DNA of 64,000 nt from an uncultured bacterium (GTDB lineage Bacteria; Desulfobacterota_D; UBA1144; Nemesobacterales; UBA2774): positions 757,073 through 821,072 of the forward strand of contig CAVPJU010000006.1 in the NCBI GenBank assembly GCA_963705505.1. The letters run 5' to 3'. The notes under the pieces were generated by a model. That model saw nothing but the letters and a program-made list of their open reading frames with translations. It ran no database searches and was not told the origin of the DNA. Shown here piece after piece: positions 61,079-64,000 of this stretch. The first letter of the stretch is position 1, and each line of letters opens with the position of its first letter. Both the position numbers and the translations under genes were made by a program.

Positions 61079-61179
61079 CATCCTGAAAATTAAAGGTAAT
61101 TTTGTAAGATCCTTTTTGTCACCTAAAGAATGCTTGTTTTAGTCTGATAACCTTTATCCTGGATTTACAATTAGTGTAT

Positions 61180-61253
61180 ATCTCCATACATCTACATTTC
61201 CTACACAAACTACACTTAAAGCACCATAGTGTAGTAGGTGTAGATAGTGTAGT
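61180..61253. repeat. Inverted iteron-like array 1
   Basis: CTACA at 61192, 61201, 61210 and GTGTAG at 61229, 61238, 61247 (9-bp period). Confidence 0.85.
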
Positions 61254-61360
61254 AAAAACATCAATAGGAGAGACTAGAGATCGTCGAGCTGTTAAACTGG
61301 TGGCTAAGGCATTAAGTAGAATCGGTTCAAGAAGAAGAAATCGGTAATTGAATTTTAGGG

Positions 61361-61402
61361 GGTTAGCATCTAGGTATGTAGTTCTTAGGTGCTAGCTCCC
61401 CT
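61361..61402. repeat. Hairpin repeat, copy B
   Basis: GGTTAGCATCTAGGTATGTAGTTCTTAGGTGCTAGCTCCCCT. Confidence 0.75.
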
Positions 61403-61857
61403 ATAATAGGACCAAGAGTTAAGTTAGATTTTGGATGACCTTCTCCCCGGAATTTGGACCCATGGTACTTCTAATAGATGAGAATTAAAAATAATAGGGC
61501 AAAAAATAATATAATAATAACCAGTACTGAGATGTTAATTTTCAGTGTTTTACTGATTATTTTTAAGTTATGACTCCACATTGTAACCATCACCCACCCA
61601 CCTAAAACTGTCAACAATATGCTGAATAAAGTTTGATTTAGATTCTTAAAAAACTGATTTTGGTTAATGTTGCACTTGTTATTGTAGCGTACTGAGAGTT
61701 AATATTATTTAGGATCCCTTTCAGAATCAGAAATTAGAATTCCCAATCTATCTTTATATTTTGTTAAATTCTCGCTACTTTCCATTCGACTTTATAACTC
61801 CCTGGCTCGTATCTTAAAACCATTTTTATATACTCTTCGGGCATAAATATTTTGACA

Positions 61858-63033
61858 TTAGGTATATGAAAACTTTTTCGCAAATTGTTCATCTGATAAA
61901 GAAAGTAAACCATCTAACTTATTTATAGTATCAACAATTTTATTCTCTACTTTCTCTGGAAACTCAATGTTGTATTTTTGATACTTCGTTACTTTCTGTG
62001 AGAATGTTTCAGTTTTATAGTCAAAATCACTTATCGATTTAGATGTCGATATCGATTTTAATGTTTCTTCTAAACTTTTTTGACTTATTATATTTGTATG
62101 ATTTATGACGTAGTTTATCAATAAGTAATTGAACATTGACCATCTTAAAACTCGCTCTATAAAATAGTCTTCCGGATAACTTTTCCAAACCAATAATAAC
62201 TTTCTTCGAAGAATGCTGGTTTGTTGTTAGTTACAATTATTCGAATGTTTAAATATTGAAGCGAAGAAAGTGTTATCAAAAAGATGAAAATAGAAATCCT
62301 TATGGGGTAAGACACCCATATTTATTAATTCTTCTTCTGACCAAAATTTATCGATATTTCTACCCTTAGCCATAAAGTTAAGGTAACTGGGATAATCAAC
62401 GTATAGATGAGTAACCAAATACATTGGTTGCTTTAAAGTTGAAAATTTTTCATCGTAAGATTCCATGAGTTCTGATAGTTCAGTCTTAGTTGCAAAATTA
62501 GTACTTATTATTTTGTAAATGTCATTTAATACTGCCTTGTAATCAGCTTTGTTCTTTACAGGAACAGAAATTTTATCAGACAATACAATGATGTATGCAG
62601 GGTATCTTCGTATTTCATAATTATTATATTTTTTCAGTTTGAATGATAGATTTACCCCCCAGTTATCTTCATTTATTTCGATAGAATCATTCACAACTTG
62701 ATTATTTTTATAAAGTTCATCTTTTACCTCCATCAATTTCTTTTCATCAAATTGGAAGGGATAGCTTGGTGGATTTGAATTATAGCCGTTTATTCCATGA
62801 ATTACTGATGATCTTAGGTCTAATATCAATAAATCTAGGTCGGCAATATTACCCTTTATTGAAGCTACTTTTTGATTGGGACTAACCCACCAAATACCGT
62901 ATATTACTGCTTGCGTCTCGTTGAAAAGCTCTATGACATCATCAGAATTACCAAAACAAATGCTTCCACAAAAGATTATATAAAAGATCAAAGTTAAGGT
63001 CGTTGTATAAATGAGTTTATACATTCTATACAA
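61858..63033 (-). pseudogene. Exported hypothetical protein broken into ORFs 62227..63033 and 61858..62193
   Basis: Hydrophobic N-terminus; the two ORFs share a frame and are separated by one TAA. Confidence 0.5.
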
Positions 63034-63080
63034 ATTACATTATACACGAAATCCAAGGTCACAAAAATCATCCATGATAT

Positions 63081-63175
63081 TGACCTGCCCTCCTATAATG
63101 GGATCATAGCATAAGTTAGATTTTTGACAGCGACACTATACACTGGAGGTCAACGGAATGGCTAGGAAGCGTCAT
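63081..63175 (+). mobile_element. IS3-family left end with the first codons of orfA
   Basis: Begins TGACCTGCCC; GGAGG RBS, then ATG GCT AGG AAG CGT CAT (MARKRH), then breaks. Confidence 0.6.
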
Positions 63176-63348
63176 ATTTGCAGTAGAAATTAAGTATTAT
63201 TGCATGTGCTATAATCCCACCCCACCACGATCCTAGGAGATGAAAATATAGAGAAGGCGTAAAACTGATAATTTGTAAAAATCCTTCCTATTTTAGCCTT
63301 GTATAACCGTTAATACTGGATTTTTAAGATACTGAATGCTTATAGACT

Positions 63349-63417
63349 TATCTCCATATATCTACACTTCCTACACTTAAAGTGCTTTCTTTGTGTAGCA
63401 GGTGTAGATAGTGTAGG
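63349..63417. repeat. Inverted iteron-like array 2
   Basis: CTACAC at 63362, 63371 and GTGTAG at 63393, 63402, 63411; flanks resemble array 1. Confidence 0.85.
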
Positions 63418-63660
63418 TAAAAATGGAATACAACTGTTCAAGCCCCAATCAACGCTGGATAAATGATGACGGAGGAGAAATTAACACAGTATTCCAAATC
63501 GTCAGAAATCTCTAATTCTACTCGGTACAGCTTTTGGGTGAGGTTCAATGGTAAAAAAATAGCTTTAAACGTAGCGAGGGCTTGGCAGAGTATTGTCGAC
63601 ATTTTAATTTTAAGTTAATATTGTATTTTATAATCGGATATCTCATTCAGGGAGTTTCTA

Positions 63661-64000
63661 ATGAAACATGTGTTCTTATTGTTTCCCATTATTTTATTTA
63701 TTTTTAGTTGTGGGGCTCTTCTTGATCAGGCGATGCAAGCTGACAGAGAAAAATATGTCGAGCAGAGACCCCCAACTAGATTCACAAACTAAACAGGATA
63801 TTGTAAATGGGAGTGTACGAGTTGGGATGGATTTAATTCGTTACTGCAGCTTGGGGAAATCCGCAGGATTATACTGAAAGTGTAGGTGTAAGTGGTAATA
63901 TTTTAATATTATATTATAAATATTACTCGAGTTCGAGCGGACATTTCGAAACCCATTCCGGTTGTGTATCTTCAACAAGTTTCGATGGAGTTTACAGGGT
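63661..64000 (+). pseudogene. Frameshifted lipoprotein
   Basis: MKHVFLLFPIILFIFS-C lipobox; other frames continue with DIVNGSVRVGMD and AAWGNP. Confidence 0.5.

Larger units (their letters stand above)
58544..64000. mobile_element. AT-rich integrated element or island at tRNA-Leu, decayed; runs off window end
   Basis: Sharp drop in GC by eye, integrase stub abutting the tRNA, Rep-like gene, iteron-like arrays, IS ends and broken genes. Confidence 0.8.

Noticed and set aside
61037..61402. Twin hairpins as a CRISPR array or integron attC sites
   Set aside because: Only two copies 324 bp apart and no cas genes; the GTT and AAC cores are in the opposite order to attC

Overview
Bacterial chromosome window, mostly housekeeping genes. 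The gene set (atpE separate from F1 genes, two sigma-54 activators, tandem ThyX, split B12 mutase) suggests a Deltaproteobacteria-like/Desulfobacterota-type organism, possibly Ca. Dadabacteria; this is inference only. In order: atpE 3' end, CCA-adding enzyme, xseA, thyX, a sirtuin-like gene, rnc, ntrB/ntrC-like pair, hom, tRNA-Ala(GGC), then a TetR / acetoacetate-decarboxylase-family / isobutyryl-CoA-mutase-like (IcmA/IcmB) module with visible operators. Next come a decayed AT-rich patch (~18.3-22.1 kb, with an IS3 remnant), a PolX-N-terminal/HhH protein, a sigma-54-driven GT2, an APC permease-USP fusion, a glucosylglycerate-synthase-like GT and a glycogen cluster (glgA, malQ, glgX, glgB, glgP). 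These are followed by pyrE, a sigma-54 activator divergent from an APS reductase, rseP-dxr-uppS, ctpA, rpsU-dnaG-rpoD, a catalytically degenerate tyrosine recombinase, a stand-alone 5S rRNA, purN, a DAHP synthase and tRNA-Leu(CAA). The window ends in an AT-rich integrated element (58.5-64 kb) with an integrase stub, a P-loop Rep-like gene, two inverted 9-bp-periodic iteron-like arrays, twin covarying hairpins and IS3-like ends. The strongest leads are the TetR-ADC-Icm module, three intact-frame genes with degenerate active sites (sirtuin, recombinase, acyl-CoA ligase-like), the orphan 5S gene and the island replication module. Several single-base insertions look like sequencing errors. All calls come from reading motifs by eye; no database searches were run.
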